A DNA stretch of 64,000 nucleotides, taken from the IMG/VR virus record IMGVR_UViG_3300042731_009106, positions 64,001 through 128,000 of that record; one strand, written 5' to 3'. Origin of the DNA: a virus. A program made the position numbers and the translations under genes. The first letter of the stretch is position 1. Every line of letters begins with the position of its first letter. The notes below the pieces were generated by a model. The model saw only the letters and a program-made list of their open reading frames with translations, did not search any database and was not told the origin of the DNA. Shown here in pieces: positions 48,363 through 57,139 of this stretch.

Positions 48363-49121
48363 TTATAATCTGTGGTAATCAACAAGCTCAAAAAAAGAAT
48401 TATCTTCTATTCTATTGTCTTTAATCAAATGTATCGCTAGCTCTGTTTCAATTTTTTCTTTCCTCTTTCTTGATACTACATCGATTGGTATAACTTGTAT
48501 TGATCCTAGGATTGTATCAAATATATTTTTCTGGACTTTTCTAATATTATCTTTAATTAATTGATTTAATGCTTTTTGATCATCCAGCGATTTATAACAA
48601 GATGTACCAATCAATCTATCCCAAAGTTCCTTGTTTGTCTCAGAATACCATTCGTTGACAAAATTTTTTAAAAAGTTAATGCTTTTTTTGTCGCAAATAA
48701 AAAAACCAGTACAAAAACTAAATCCAAATTTTTTTCTAAAGTTTTGCGGTATGGCTCCTTTCTGTTCTGATATTGATATAGCTATCTCAGCATTATCTTC
48801 TACTGATAACTGGCTTATTGCGTTAGATAATGGAATACAATCAATGTCTGAATATATTAATTTGTAATCGGCATATTGGTTTTGTAAAAGTTTAATTAAC
48901 AACTCATATCTATACAAATAGCTGTATTCTTTGTCGAAAAACCCTCTCTCTACATCTATTGAGTGCTTTGTTAAGAATTGGAATGTTTCTTCGTCTAAAC
49001 AATATATTTTATATTTTAATTTTAACTTTATACATTGTTTGGCAAAATATAAAGCTATATTTTTTTGATCGTTATTTGAATGCGCAACGACTAAATATTT
49101 ATCATAATATTTCATCTTCAT
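48363..49121 (-). CDS. Nucleotide-diphospho-sugar transferase (GT77-like)
   Basis: IYSDIDC, FCTGFF, DDQKALN. Confidence 0.7.
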   Translation of the reverse strand: MKMKYYDKYLVVAHSNNDQKNIALYFAKQCIKLKLKYKIYCLDEETFQFLTKHSIDVERGFFDKEYSYLYRYELLIKLLQNQYADYKLIYSDIDCIPLSNAISQLSVEDNAEIAISISEQKGAIPQNFRKKFGFSFCTGFFICDKKSINFLKNFVNEWYSETNKELWDRLIGTSCYKSLDDQKALNQLIKDNIRKVQKNIFDTILGSIQVIPIDVVSRKRKEKIETELAIHLIKDNRIEDNSFFELVDYHRL

Positions 49122-50109
49122 ATTTTATATTCTTTAAAAATATTTTCAGAGTTACTAATTCTTCTTTTTTAACAATGCCTTCTTTTTCTAATGCCTCGTA
49201 AACTCGTATTATATCTTCAACTTCGCCTTTCAATTTTACAGAAGGCAAAGTATTAGTAAGCAACTTATAAAGGGATTTGTACATACTTATTTCTGAATCA
49301 AAATCTTTCATGTAATCGTGGGCATTTCTAGTTTGATGAAAAAACGGTGAAGTGACCGCAAATAAAGAATCGTACTCCCACATACATCTTTGAGCCACAT
49401 ACATTTTCAATATATCACAAAACCTAAACGATACTGTGACAGGAATGTATAAAAGATGAAATAGTTGCGGATTTACCCATAAAGTAGCTTGTGTATTACC
49501 TTGGGAGTATACCCCTTTATTAAATGTACAACTTTTCCCTGACAGAAATTTAAAATTGCTTGTATATTCGTTAGAGGTTAAACGGAAAATTGCATCTACA
49601 TCAGGGTCGCCATCTACAAGGCTTTGAATAATACCAACTTTATTTATATCTGTTTCATTAATTTTCTTAAAAGCAATTTCACTTTGTTTATTAATTAATT
49701 CCAAAGGGTAACCCCTTGACCATATATTTGCTTCTGAAAAATAATTAAGTATATTTGGTATACTTGGCTCGACTACTAAAGTGTTTTTTAATTTTTTCCA
49801 ATTATAAATATCAGATTTTAGAAAATTGTCGTCATCTGTGTCAAGGATTAACTTTATTCCTTGCCTTATTGCATGCAAGTATCCTAAATTTTTTCTACAA
49901 TAATGGTTGCAAGGTAAAGCTTTAGATACCTCTGGAAACAATTTACATACCGAGGGAATATAATGAATGTTTTTCTTGTTCTTATAACTTAGTTCATTAG
50001 TTTTTGTGTCGCCAACAATAATACATTTATAGCCTTCATCTATAAAATCTTGAATAAATGTATTCTCAATATCATTGATGGTTGTGATTATAGAGGTTTT
50101 TTCTTCCAT
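49102..50109 (-). CDS. STELLO-like glycosyltransferase
   Basis: IITTIN, IVGDTKT, RKNLGYL-AI, DTDDDN, DPDVDAIFRL, RFCDI. Confidence 0.8.
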   Translation of the reverse strand: MEEKTSIITTINDIENTFIQDFIDEGYKCIIVGDTKTNELSYKNKKNIHYIPSVCKLFPEVSKALPCNHYCRKNLGYLHAIRQGIKLILDTDDDNFLKSDIYNWKKLKNTLVVEPSIPNILNYFSEANIWSRGYPLELINKQSEIAFKKINETDINKVGIIQSLVDGDPDVDAIFRLTSNEYTSNFKFLSGKSCTFNKGVYSQGNTQATLWVNPQLFHLLYIPVTVSFRFCDILKMYVAQRCMWEYDSLFAVTSPFFHQTRNAHDYMKDFDSEISMYKSLYKLLTNTLPSVKLKGEVEDIIRVYEALEKEGIVKKEELVTLKIFLKNIKYEDEIL

Positions 50110-50114
50110 TTACT

Positions 50115-50897
50115 TTATAATGCCTTGGTTACATATTTCTGAACATCTTTGGCCGTTACATGTAAATAATCATTATGTGGCACACTAGCCTCATGCCTAA
50201 AACCCTTTGTATGGTCATGTTTTTCAAATTCTTCCTTATGCTGTTCCGAAATTAAAATTTTCTTAAAATAAGATTTACATAGTTCAGTTGTATTGGCATC
50301 TTGATGCGGTACATGTCTCGTGTTTCTCGCTCGCACTAAATTTAAAAATAATGATCTTTCTGGACAAATTTTACGAGCCAAAAATTGTGCATACCACATA
50401 CTGGCGTTTGATCCGTGATACCATGTCGGAAACATCAAATTTGCAAAACTCTCAGAAAAAAACTGAGTACATAAGTCTCCTCCTATCATTGTAAATGCAT
50501 CCATTTTCTTAACCCTATCTGTTCTTATGTCGTGCCAGTTTGGCCAATTATCATTATTTATAGATCCATGAATCGGTTTGTATTTTTCTAGTTGATTCTT
50601 AATTTGCTGTGCGGCCTTAACCTTTGTACTAGTATGGATGGAGATGTCGTCATCTATAAAAAAATAATAATCATATTTCCCTTTAACTTGTTCATATAAA
50701 TAGCTTCGACCTTCGCTCCAACATAAATTATTTTTAAAAAAATCAGCTTGCGTGTCTCTTTTGTCGCCTTTCCAGTTCAATCGAAAACAATCACTAAACT
50801 CAGTATTGAATTGCTCTTTGTGTGTTTTAGTTAATTTGTAATTAATTTGGCAACCTTGTTCCAGTACTACAAATGTTTTTTTCATAATTTTATTCAA
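50115..50897 (-). CDS. Putative GT-A glycosyltransferase
   Basis: WSEGRSYL, YYFFIDDD. Confidence 0.5.
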   Translation of the reverse strand: MNKIMKKTFVVLEQGCQINYKLTKTHKEQFNTEFSDCFRLNWKGDKRDTQADFFKNNLCWSEGRSYLYEQVKGKYDYYFFIDDDISIHTSTKVKAAQQIKNQLEKYKPIHGSINNDNWPNWHDIRTDRVKKMDAFTMIGGDLCTQFFSESFANLMFPTWYHGSNASMWYAQFLARKICPERSLFLNLVRARNTRHVPHQDANTTELCKSYFKKILISEQHKEEFEKHDHTKGFRHEASVPHNDYLHVTAKDVQKYVTKAL

Positions 50898-51502
50898 ACA
50901 GCCTCACTAAAATTATAATTCAAAAACTCTATATCCTTTTGCCTCAATTCAGCTACAAGTTTTATGGATTCTTGATCATAATATTGCATAATTGATTTCT
51001 TTTTTGCTTTCCTGAGGTGAACTAAAGGCTCAAAAGGCTTTTTAATATTTTTACATATTTGAGGCCAAGCTTGATTCAGGTTTTCGTATCTTATAATCTT
51101 GTCTACATGTATTGCTCCTTCATGCATTAAGTAGTCCACCTGATTCCTGAATACTATATTTCTGAATTTAGGATGTTCGAATTCTAAATTTTTTTTAATC
51201 ACTCTTTGCAAAAATTGCTTAAAATTCAAATGTCTGTACTTAACTTGCCCTTTCATCATATTATATAAAGACAAGTCCCTCTCCCATGGATTTCTAACTA
51301 CTGTAAATTTAAAATAGTCCTTGTAAAAGTTCTCCCAATACTGATAGTATTCTTTTGCACCCCAATGTTTACCTTTTCCAACTTTATCTTTTGTTAGTAA
51401 TCCAAATTTATCGTATTCAGCAAAACCAAACATAGCTTCTATTGATGTGCCTCCAGTTTTAGGTATGTGTACAAATATAGTTTTAAAATCGTGAGATATC
51501 AT
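50894..51502 (-). CDS. Sulfotransferase family 2 protein
   Basis: HIPKTGGTS, VRNPWER. Confidence 0.88.
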   Translation of the reverse strand: MISHDFKTIFVHIPKTGGTSIEAMFGFAEYDKFGLLTKDKVGKGKHWGAKEYYQYWENFYKDYFKFTVVRNPWERDLSLYNMMKGQVKYRHLNFKQFLQRVIKKNLEFEHPKFRNIVFRNQVDYLMHEGAIHVDKIIRYENLNQAWPQICKNIKKPFEPLVHLRKAKKKSIMQYYDQESIKLVAELRQKDIEFLNYNFSEAV

Positions 51503-51512
51503 ATCTTATATA

Positions 51513-51518
51513 TTACAC
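51513..51518 (-). promoter_or_regulatory. GTGTAW phage motif heading minus-strand glycan operon
   Basis: TACAC at 51514..51518, 11 nt from ATG 51502. Confidence 0.65.
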
Positions 51519-51525
51519 TTAAGAG

Positions 51526-51553
51526 TTGACAATTCGATTTTTAATGCTATTAT
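51526..51553 (+). promoter_or_regulatory. Sigma70-like promoter
   Basis: TTGACA-16-TATTAT with TGn extension; ATG 51560. Confidence 0.7.
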
Positions 51554-51559
51554 GTATGC

Positions 51560-51808
51560 ATGAAAATTACCAAAGAACTAAAGCATGCTAGCTTCGATTA
51601 CGATGAGTCTTCAAAAACTTTTGGTATTACCACAGAAAATGGTAGAATTACTTTAAACAAAGTTTATGCTTTTGCTTTCATGAGATTTGTGGTTCGAATT
51701 GCCCAAAGAAATTGGTTCCGCAAAAAAAGTGTTGACGAAGTTGCCGAAGATGTGCTATACTCAGATCAAGATGAACCAGAAAACCCAAACCAACTACAAA
51801 TGTTCTAA
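51560..51808 (+). CDS. Hypothetical early protein
   Basis: 82 aa ORF. Confidence 0.7.
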   Translation: MKITKELKHASFDYDESSKTFGITTENGRITLNKVYAFAFMRFVVRIAQRNWFRKKSVDEVAEDVLYSDQDEPENPNQLQMF

Positions 51809-51809
51809 T

Positions 51810-51977
51810 ATGAAATGTCAAATAATATACGCAACCGAATACGAAGAATTCTTTTATGAAGAAGACGATATGCCTGTGCCAGAAGGTCAACCTATTGGCG
51901 TTGAAGTTGACTTAGGTGACTCCGTAGAGTTATTGCTCCTAGAAGGTTTATATCATTTAATCAATGAAGAAGGTTAA
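51810..51977 (+). CDS. Small acidic protein (paralog of 52217)
   Basis: MKCQIIYATEYEEFFY...VPEGQPIG; start ATG 51810. Confidence 0.65.
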   Translation: MKCQIIYATEYEEFFYEEDDMPVPEGQPIGVEVDLGDSVELLLLEGLYHLINEEG

Positions 51978-52227
51978 TAAAGTTCCACTATTTGAGTATA
52001 GAATTAAATACAATGTAGGCATGAATCATTCGGCTCTTGATAGTTATCATTTTTATTTAGCTGAAAATGCCGATCAAGCTTTCGAATTCCATCTATCATC
52101 CATGAAACATAATCACGCATCAGCACAAAACTTGAGTATCGAAAAATGGAATCCTTATTCTGAGAAATGGGAAGATGAATCAGATCACATTAACATTAAA
52201 GAGGTAGATTTTTCACATGGAGATTAA
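51964..52227 (+). CDS. Hypothetical protein
   Basis: 87 aa ORF in overlapping chain. Confidence 0.7.
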   Translation: MKKVNKVPLFEYRIKYNVGMNHSALDSYHFYLAENADQAFEFHLSSMKHNHASAQNLSIEKWNPYSEKWEDESDHINIKEVDFSHGD

Positions 52228-52441
52228 CTCACATCAAATAATCTACTCAGAGCATGGTTACGATGAATGTTTTGAGTATATAGACGGCAGGGGCAGAGTC
52301 CCAGAAGGTGAAGCTGTTGGTTATCAAGCTGACACAAAAACTCTAATTTTATTTAAAGACATAAAGTATAGTGAATACGATCATGACTATTGGGACAATT
52401 ATGAACTTGAGCATGATGTTGATAGAATTGTAATTCCATGA
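52217..52441 (+). CDS. Small acidic protein (paralog of 51810)
   Basis: HQIIYSEHGYDECFEY...VPEGEAVG. Confidence 0.7.
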   Translation: MEINSHQIIYSEHGYDECFEYIDGRGRVPEGEAVGYQADTKTLILFKDIKYSEYDHDYWDNYELEHDVDRIVIP

Positions 52442-52716
52442 TTAGTATAAATCGAAATGACCCACCATTCTTTGATGAAGGCGAAGATGATTTAGTTCAA
52501 GACTTAGCCAAGAAATTAAAAAATGAAATTGATTTATTAGATTTGCTAAATTTAAATGGTGACCCAAGTCAAGTTATTATCAAGGAAGGAAACACTAAAG
52601 ATTTAATTGACATTGTATACAAAAAGTTATATGATGAAAAGAATCAAACTTTAAATATAATTGTAGGTAAAAATGACAACAATAGTTTAGGAATTATTTT
52701 AGATGTAATAGAATGA
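52438..52716 (+). CDS. Hypothetical acidic protein
   Basis: 92 aa ORF. Confidence 0.65.
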   Translation: MISINRNDPPFFDEGEDDLVQDLAKKLKNEIDLLDLLNLNGDPSQVIIKEGNTKDLIDIVYKKLYDEKNQTLNIIVGKNDNNSLGIILDVIE

Positions 52717-53252
52717 ATTCAAAGAATAAAATTAAATTTGATTTAGAAATCAAAAAAATACAACCATTTTTATATAGTTATATTTTTAGTTTATGTCCTC
52801 ACAAACAAGACGCTGAAGACATTCTTCAAAAGACTAATTTGATTTTATGCAAAAAACAAGAAGAGATAGATGATTTTAAAAGTTTTAAAGCTTGGGCATT
52901 TAAAATTGGTAAATTCCAAGTCATGGGACACAGAACACTTCGAGCTCGCAGTAAAATTTGCTTCAGTAACGAATTAACTGAACAATTGGCTGATGAAGGT
53001 GTAGACTGCCATGAGCTATCACTCAAAAAGCGAGCTCTCAATGAGTGCTACAAAAAATTACCCCCCCACATGTCCATTATAGCTGAACTTAGATACAAGA
53101 AAAATCTTTCGTTAAAAGAAATTTCTTTAGCTACTTCTAGACCCATCGGCTCAGTATCTGCAACAATGTTTAGAATAAGGGAATCCTTATCTAAATGCAT
53201 TCATCAAGAATACAAAAAAGTAAAAGAATCAGAATTTTTTAAAGTACTATGA
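52713..53252 (+). CDS. ECF sigma factor, Rhodopirellula/Verrucomicrobium (Sig70_gvs1)-like
   Basis: YIFSL-DAEDILQKTNLIL, FKAWAFKIGKFQV, FS-EL-EQLA, AL-EC-KLP, LRY, IGSVSATMFRIRESL-KCI. Confidence 0.8.
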   Translation: MNSKNKIKFDLEIKKIQPFLYSYIFSLCPHKQDAEDILQKTNLILCKKQEEIDDFKSFKAWAFKIGKFQVMGHRTLRARSKICFSNELTEQLADEGVDCHELSLKKRALNECYKKLPPHMSIIAELRYKKNLSLKEISLATSRPIGSVSATMFRIRESLSKCIHQEYKKVKESEFFKVL

Positions 53253-53443
53253 TATTAATAGAAGACGCAAACGAAGAAAAATATCACATCAACCCCAAGC
53301 AAGTGATATATGTAAAAGAACGCCAACACATGGGAAAAATTATGTGGAAGATAATGATGGCTAATGGAGAAGCCTTAATGACTGAAAATGAGCAAGGAGC
53401 AAAGTGCATTATAGCTTCAATCAAAAGCAAAAAGAATGCCTAG
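53249..53443 (+). CDS. Small FlbD-like/hypothetical protein
   Basis: INPKQVIYV short beta-rich ORF. Confidence 0.55.
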   Translation: MILIEDANEEKYHINPKQVIYVKERQHMGKIMWKIMMANGEALMTENEQGAKCIIASIKSKKNA

Positions 53444-54014
53444 AAAATTAAATAACAGAAGGGTCAAAGAAGACATTCTTCGATTACATTCAGAAGGTAA
53501 AACTTATTCTCAAATACAAAAAGAATTAAAATGTTCTAAGTCGGTTATCAGCTATCACTGCGGTAGTGGTACAGAAAAGGCTAGAGTAAAAGCTTCCGTT
53601 AAAAATCGTCCAGCAATCTGCAAAAAGGTTTCTGGGTTTAAAACTAGATGCTCTAGAGCTAACTATAAACTTTTTCAAGCAAAGTTGAAAACTTTTAAAA
53701 GAAAAAATTCTTCAAGTGGAAATCACACAAATACTATAGTCAACAGCATAAGCAAGAACTATACATGCAAGGATGTGATTGATAAATTTGGAGATAAACC
53801 TACATGCTACCTAACAGGAAAGCCAATCGACTTAAATGATTCATCTTCTTATAATTTAGACCATATTGTACCCACCTCAAAAGGGGGCACAAATGATCTA
53901 AGTAACTTGCAAATTTGCTTAACTGAAGCGAATACCGCCAAAGGCAATCTTTTACTTCCTGAGCTTTTAAATTTATGCAAGGCTATATTGAAACATCATA
54001 ATGTTTCTATTTAG
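53436..54014 (+). CDS. HNH endonuclease with N-terminal HTH
   Basis: CYLTG, LDHIVPTSKGGTNDLSNLQICLTEANTAKG; N-terminal GKTYSQIQKELKCSKSVISYH. Confidence 0.88.
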   Translation: MPRKLNNRRVKEDILRLHSEGKTYSQIQKELKCSKSVISYHCGSGTEKARVKASVKNRPAICKKVSGFKTRCSRANYKLFQAKLKTFKRKNSSSGNHTNTIVNSISKNYTCKDVIDKFGDKPTCYLTGKPIDLNDSSSYNLDHIVPTSKGGTNDLSNLQICLTEANTAKGNLLLPELLNLCKAILKHHNVSI

Positions 54015-54186
54015 ATTTTATTTTTTTTAATATTTTTCTTTTTTCTTGATCACTCATTTTTAAGTATTGGGACAAAGCTATACTTCTTATTAGGAAGTAG
54101 CGCTTCGTTGGGTTCCCATTAACTTCATATCCAACTAATGTATTAGTTAGTTGTGACGATAAGTATTGAATTATTTGATCTTTCAT
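54007..54186 (-). CDS. Small hypothetical protein (59 aa)
   Basis: MKDQIIQYLSSQL...KILKKIKSK; below ORF cutoff. Confidence 0.45.
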   Translation of the reverse strand: MKDQIIQYLSSQLTNTLVGYEVNGNPTKRYFLIRSIALSQYLKMSDQEKRKILKKIKSK

Positions 54187-54208
54187 TGTATTATAAATTG
54201 ATTAATTT

Positions 54209-54284
54209 GCCACCTTAGCACAGTTGGTAGTGCGACGCACTTGTAATGCGTAGGTCGTCAGTTCGATCCTGACAGGTGGCTCCA
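54209..54284 (+). tRNA. trnT: tRNA-Thr(UGU)
   Basis: Acceptor GCCACCT/AGGTGGC, anticodon arm ACGCA-CTTGTAA-TGCGT, GTTCGATC T-loop, encoded CCA; TTGAAT-17-TATTAT upstream (54166..54194). Confidence 0.97.
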
Positions 54285-54290
54285 TCTATT

Positions 54291-54722
54291 ATGCATAAAC
54301 ATCACATTATACCAAAACACATGGGCGGATCAGATGATCCCGACAACTTGACATATCTTTCTGTCAAAGAGCATGCTATCGCTCATGCAGAACTCTATAA
54401 AAAATATGGAAAACATGAAGATTATGTAGCTTTCAAAGCCCTTAAAAAACACATAGACAAAGAAGATTTATATAAAGAAACTTCAGCTATGGGTGGATTA
54501 AATAATACTGGAAAACCTAAATCTATTGATCATAGAAATAATATTGCAAAAGCTAACAAAGATAATCCCAAATTAAAAATACCACTAACAGAAGATCGTA
54601 AAAATAAAATTTCAAAATCAATGAAAGGTAACAGCAACTCATCCAATCATTCTTCTCCTGAATATAAGAAAAAACAAAGTGAGGCAATGAAAAAAGCTTG
54701 GGCAAAACGAAAGCTTAAATGA
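54291..54722 (+). mobile_element. Free-standing HNH homing endonuclease with NUMOD3-like repeats
   Basis: HKHHIIPKHMGGSDDPDNL-EHAIAH; HRNNIAK, RKNKISKSMKG, KKKQSEAMKK; start ATG 54291. Confidence 0.85.
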
Positions 54723-55332
54723 TAATAGTCGTTATATACTCTTGATTAGGATATTCGTCAAGAGCTATATATTCTCCAGTTTGTGGCTCAAATATATACC
54801 AATCTTTGTTAGTAAAAACAATATTCAACATATGCAAAGCTCCCGATGGCACACCTCCAAATGGATTAATTTGTTTGACAATAACTAAACCTACTGCCGG
54901 CTCATGCCCTACTCCACTCTTATAGCTTGCTACGCTAAATAATGATTTGTAAAGCATTGCAAAGTTATCACAATCCAAAGTTTCATTTTGGTTAATGGGC
55001 ATAATGCCGTTATTGAATTGAAGTTTGTCAAACCAATTATTAAACTTAAGAAAAAAGAAATAATCCACATTTCTATACTTAGAGTCTAGTAATAAAAACC
55101 TTAAATCTTTTGATGTGCTAATTTTTTTTGAATTGTGTCCGATTTGATGATTAAATCTTAAACCTAAATCCTGAGGAGTCCACAGTGAATATTTTTGCTC
55201 GTCTCCCGTTATTAAAGGTATGCTTTTTATATCTTCCAACTTTGTATCTAAACAGGCTGTAGTTAAAAATAAGCCAACGAGAAGGGCAGGCACCCCCAAA
55301 AGGGATGTCCACACACATTTTCTGAACTTCAT
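54715..55332 (-). CDS. Exported transglutaminase-like cysteine peptidase
   Basis: N-terminal signal with TTAC lipobox-like end; DCDNFA, HMLN, FEPQTG. Confidence 0.55.
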   Translation of the reverse strand: MKFRKCVWTSLLGVPALLVGLFLTTACLDTKLEDIKSIPLITGDEQKYSLWTPQDLGLRFNHQIGHNSKKISTSKDLRFLLLDSKYRNVDYFFFLKFNNWFDKLQFNNGIMPINQNETLDCDNFAMLYKSLFSVASYKSGVGHEPAVGLVIVKQINPFGGVPSGALHMLNIVFTNKDWYIFEPQTGEYIALDEYPNQEYITTIII

Positions 55333-55665
55333 TTAGTCCCAGTTGCCTTTAGCAACATTTCTGCCGTCTAAATTGCTCCAATCAACCGCAAATGGATCCT
55401 CATCCTCAATTTGCTCAATTTGCTCGCTTTTTACCGCTTGCATTTGGTTATCGTATAATTTACTATGCATTCTTTGTCCCATCCATAAAGATTCGAGTAA
55501 TAACGCTCTCACGGCTTCAAGATTGTAACTCTCTTCTTTACTGCAACGATATGCTAGTTTTAAAACATTGCATAAGGTTCTCTTCTCATCAAATGGAGCT
55601 TTCATTTCTTGCTTCATTTGTTCAGCGATGTCCTTTGTAAAAGGTTTTGGTTTATATTCGCTCAT
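55333..55665 (-). CDS. Hypothetical protein
   Basis: 110 aa ORF. Confidence 0.7.
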   Translation of the reverse strand: MSEYKPKPFTKDIAEQMKQEMKAPFDEKRTLCNVLKLAYRCSKEESYNLEAVRALLLESLWMGQRMHSKLYDNQMQAVKSEQIEQIEDEDPFAVDWSNLDGRNVAKGNWD

Positions 55666-55673
55666 ATAGATGT

Positions 55674-55679
55674 ATACAC
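55674..55679 (-). promoter_or_regulatory. GTGTAW phage motif
   Basis: TACAC at 55675..55679, 9 nt from ATG 55665. Confidence 0.65.
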
Positions 55680-56240
55680 TTAACCAAAAGGATATCCTTC
55701 TTCTAAATATTGATTGTATTGCTCTTCGGAATAATAATTCCAGCCTGTTTTAGCGCAAATTTCACGAACAAGTTCTAGAAAATAGTAAACTTTTGGATGG
55801 TTTATTTGTTGCATTGTAATTTTAGAACCATGTTTTTGGATAATTTTATGAGCGGGAATATCTATATTGTATTTTTCTGCCCTTTCTATCATTCCATTTA
55901 GGTGTTTTTGCTCTGGGTCATCAGGGTTATAAAACATAGAGCTAATTGATATTAATTTTGCATTTTTTGCATGTATTTTTATTTTTTCTAAGTTATAATT
56001 CTCAGAAGATTCGGATTGAAGATGTTGAAAAATGAGATGATCCGAAGATTGTAATCTGTTAGTGGCTTCTTGTATATCAGTAATTACATTAATTGGTTTA
56101 CCTTCAAACATTGAGTCTGGACCCCAATTTGACACGAACGATTCTATGGATATCCACTTTACATCAAAGTTTTGATCTAGTTGCTCAATATACCAACTTA
56201 AAGCTTTTGTTTGGCAATTGCCTAATAGAGTAATTCTCAT
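55680..56240 (-). CDS. WcbI-like protein
   Basis: ITLLGNCQTKAL-WY; paralog of 61510. Confidence 0.55.
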   Translation of the reverse strand: MRITLLGNCQTKALSWYIEQLDQNFDVKWISIESFVSNWGPDSMFEGKPINVITDIQEATNRLQSSDHLIFQHLQSESSENYNLEKIKIHAKNAKLISISSMFYNPDDPEQKHLNGMIERAEKYNIDIPAHKIIQKHGSKITMQQINHPKVYYFLELVREICAKTGWNYYSEEQYNQYLEEGYPFG

Positions 56241-56248
56241 ATTAATAT

Positions 56249-56254
56249 ATACAC
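56249..56254 (-). promoter_or_regulatory. GTGTAW phage motif
   Basis: TACAC at 56250..56254, 9 nt from ATG 56240. Confidence 0.65.
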
Positions 56255-56295
56255 TTTGTCTTGACTTTTGTTTGTATTTATGAGATTATATAATC

Positions 56296-56469
56296 ATGAA
56301 CACTAGTTTTATTACTTTAACAGATCTTTGGCATAATGGAAAATATGTCGAAGTTGGAGATATTATTAGAGCTGAACAATGGAACGCTGGTAAAGTTGCA
56401 GAATTCTGCTTATACTTTGTGAAATATGTAGGCTTAAAAGAATTTGAGGTTTTATATAAGTTTTTATGA
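56296..56469 (+). CDS. Small hypothetical protein (57 aa)
   Basis: MNTSFITLTDLWHNGKY...EVLYKFL; ATGA overlap with 56466; more plausible than the minus-strand ORF 56286..56477. Confidence 0.6.
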   Translation: MNTSFITLTDLWHNGKYVEVGDIIRAEQWNAGKVAEFCLYFVKYVGLKEFEVLYKFL

Positions 56470-56837
56470 ATGATCAATATTTACTCGATTGGGAAACTTT
56501 TGAATTTTATACTCAAGAACTCCATAAGCAAGAGGAGTATAACATAAATCTCATGCGAACAATTCAAACTTTTATAGAAAATAATCCTTCTCCTAAGCGC
56601 TACCAACGAAAACGCTTATTATCTAGAGCTGATCAATGCTATACAACATTAAGTCATTTATATAAAAAGCAAATTGACTCGGTTGATTCATTAATTGAGC
56701 ATCATAAAGATGACTCTACTGTTCCTGATGAATTTAAAATTGAGCCACATACTTTGTATGCTTTACGCAATTTAACATTTACTCTCATTGAGCAAATCAA
56801 AAAAGAAAACAAACAAATCAAAAAACTACTATCTTAA
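56466..56837 (+). CDS. Hypothetical helical protein
   Basis: 123 aa ORF. Confidence 0.7.
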   Translation: MNDQYLLDWETFEFYTQELHKQEEYNINLMRTIQTFIENNPSPKRYQRKRLLSRADQCYTTLSHLYKKQIDSVDSLIEHHKDDSTVPDEFKIEPHTLYALRNLTFTLIEQIKKENKQIKKLLS

Positions 56838-56839
56838 TT

Positions 56840-57091
56840 ATGCCATATATACCATCATCAGAAAAAAACAAAGTTGATCAAGATAATTTAATTCAAAATG
56901 CAGGTCAATTTAATTATGCATTAAATCAAGTTATCTCGATTTACATTGAACAAAATGAATTGAATTATCAAACTTGCAACGATATCATAGGAGCAATGGA
57001 ATGCGCCAAAATGGAATTATATCGTAGATTGGTTGCTCCTTATGAAGATAAAAAAATATTACAAAACGGAGACGTAAAGCCTTACAAATAA
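56840..57091 (+). CDS. Conserved phage protein (DUF6899-like)
   Basis: MPYI, [33 protein letters not shown]. Confidence 0.7.
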   Translation: [83 protein letters not shown]

Positions 57092-57115
57092 AAAAGCCCC
57101 CAATTTCGAGGGCTA
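57091..57115 (-). terminator. Intrinsic terminator between convergent genes
   Basis: Minus strand AGCCCTC-GAAATT-GGGGGCT followed by T5. Confidence 0.7.
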
Positions 57116-57139
57116 GTTTATTTTAGCAAGGTATGGTTA

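Noticed and set aside
54068-54118. Possible structured ncRNA hairpin upstream of the tRNA
   Set aside because: Pairing is short and interrupted, and the region is explained by a 59-aa minus-strand ORF
56261-56294. Sigma70 promoter at TTGACT 56261
   Set aside because: The nearest good -10 box (TATAAT) is 22 nt away; the 17-nt position gives only GATTAT
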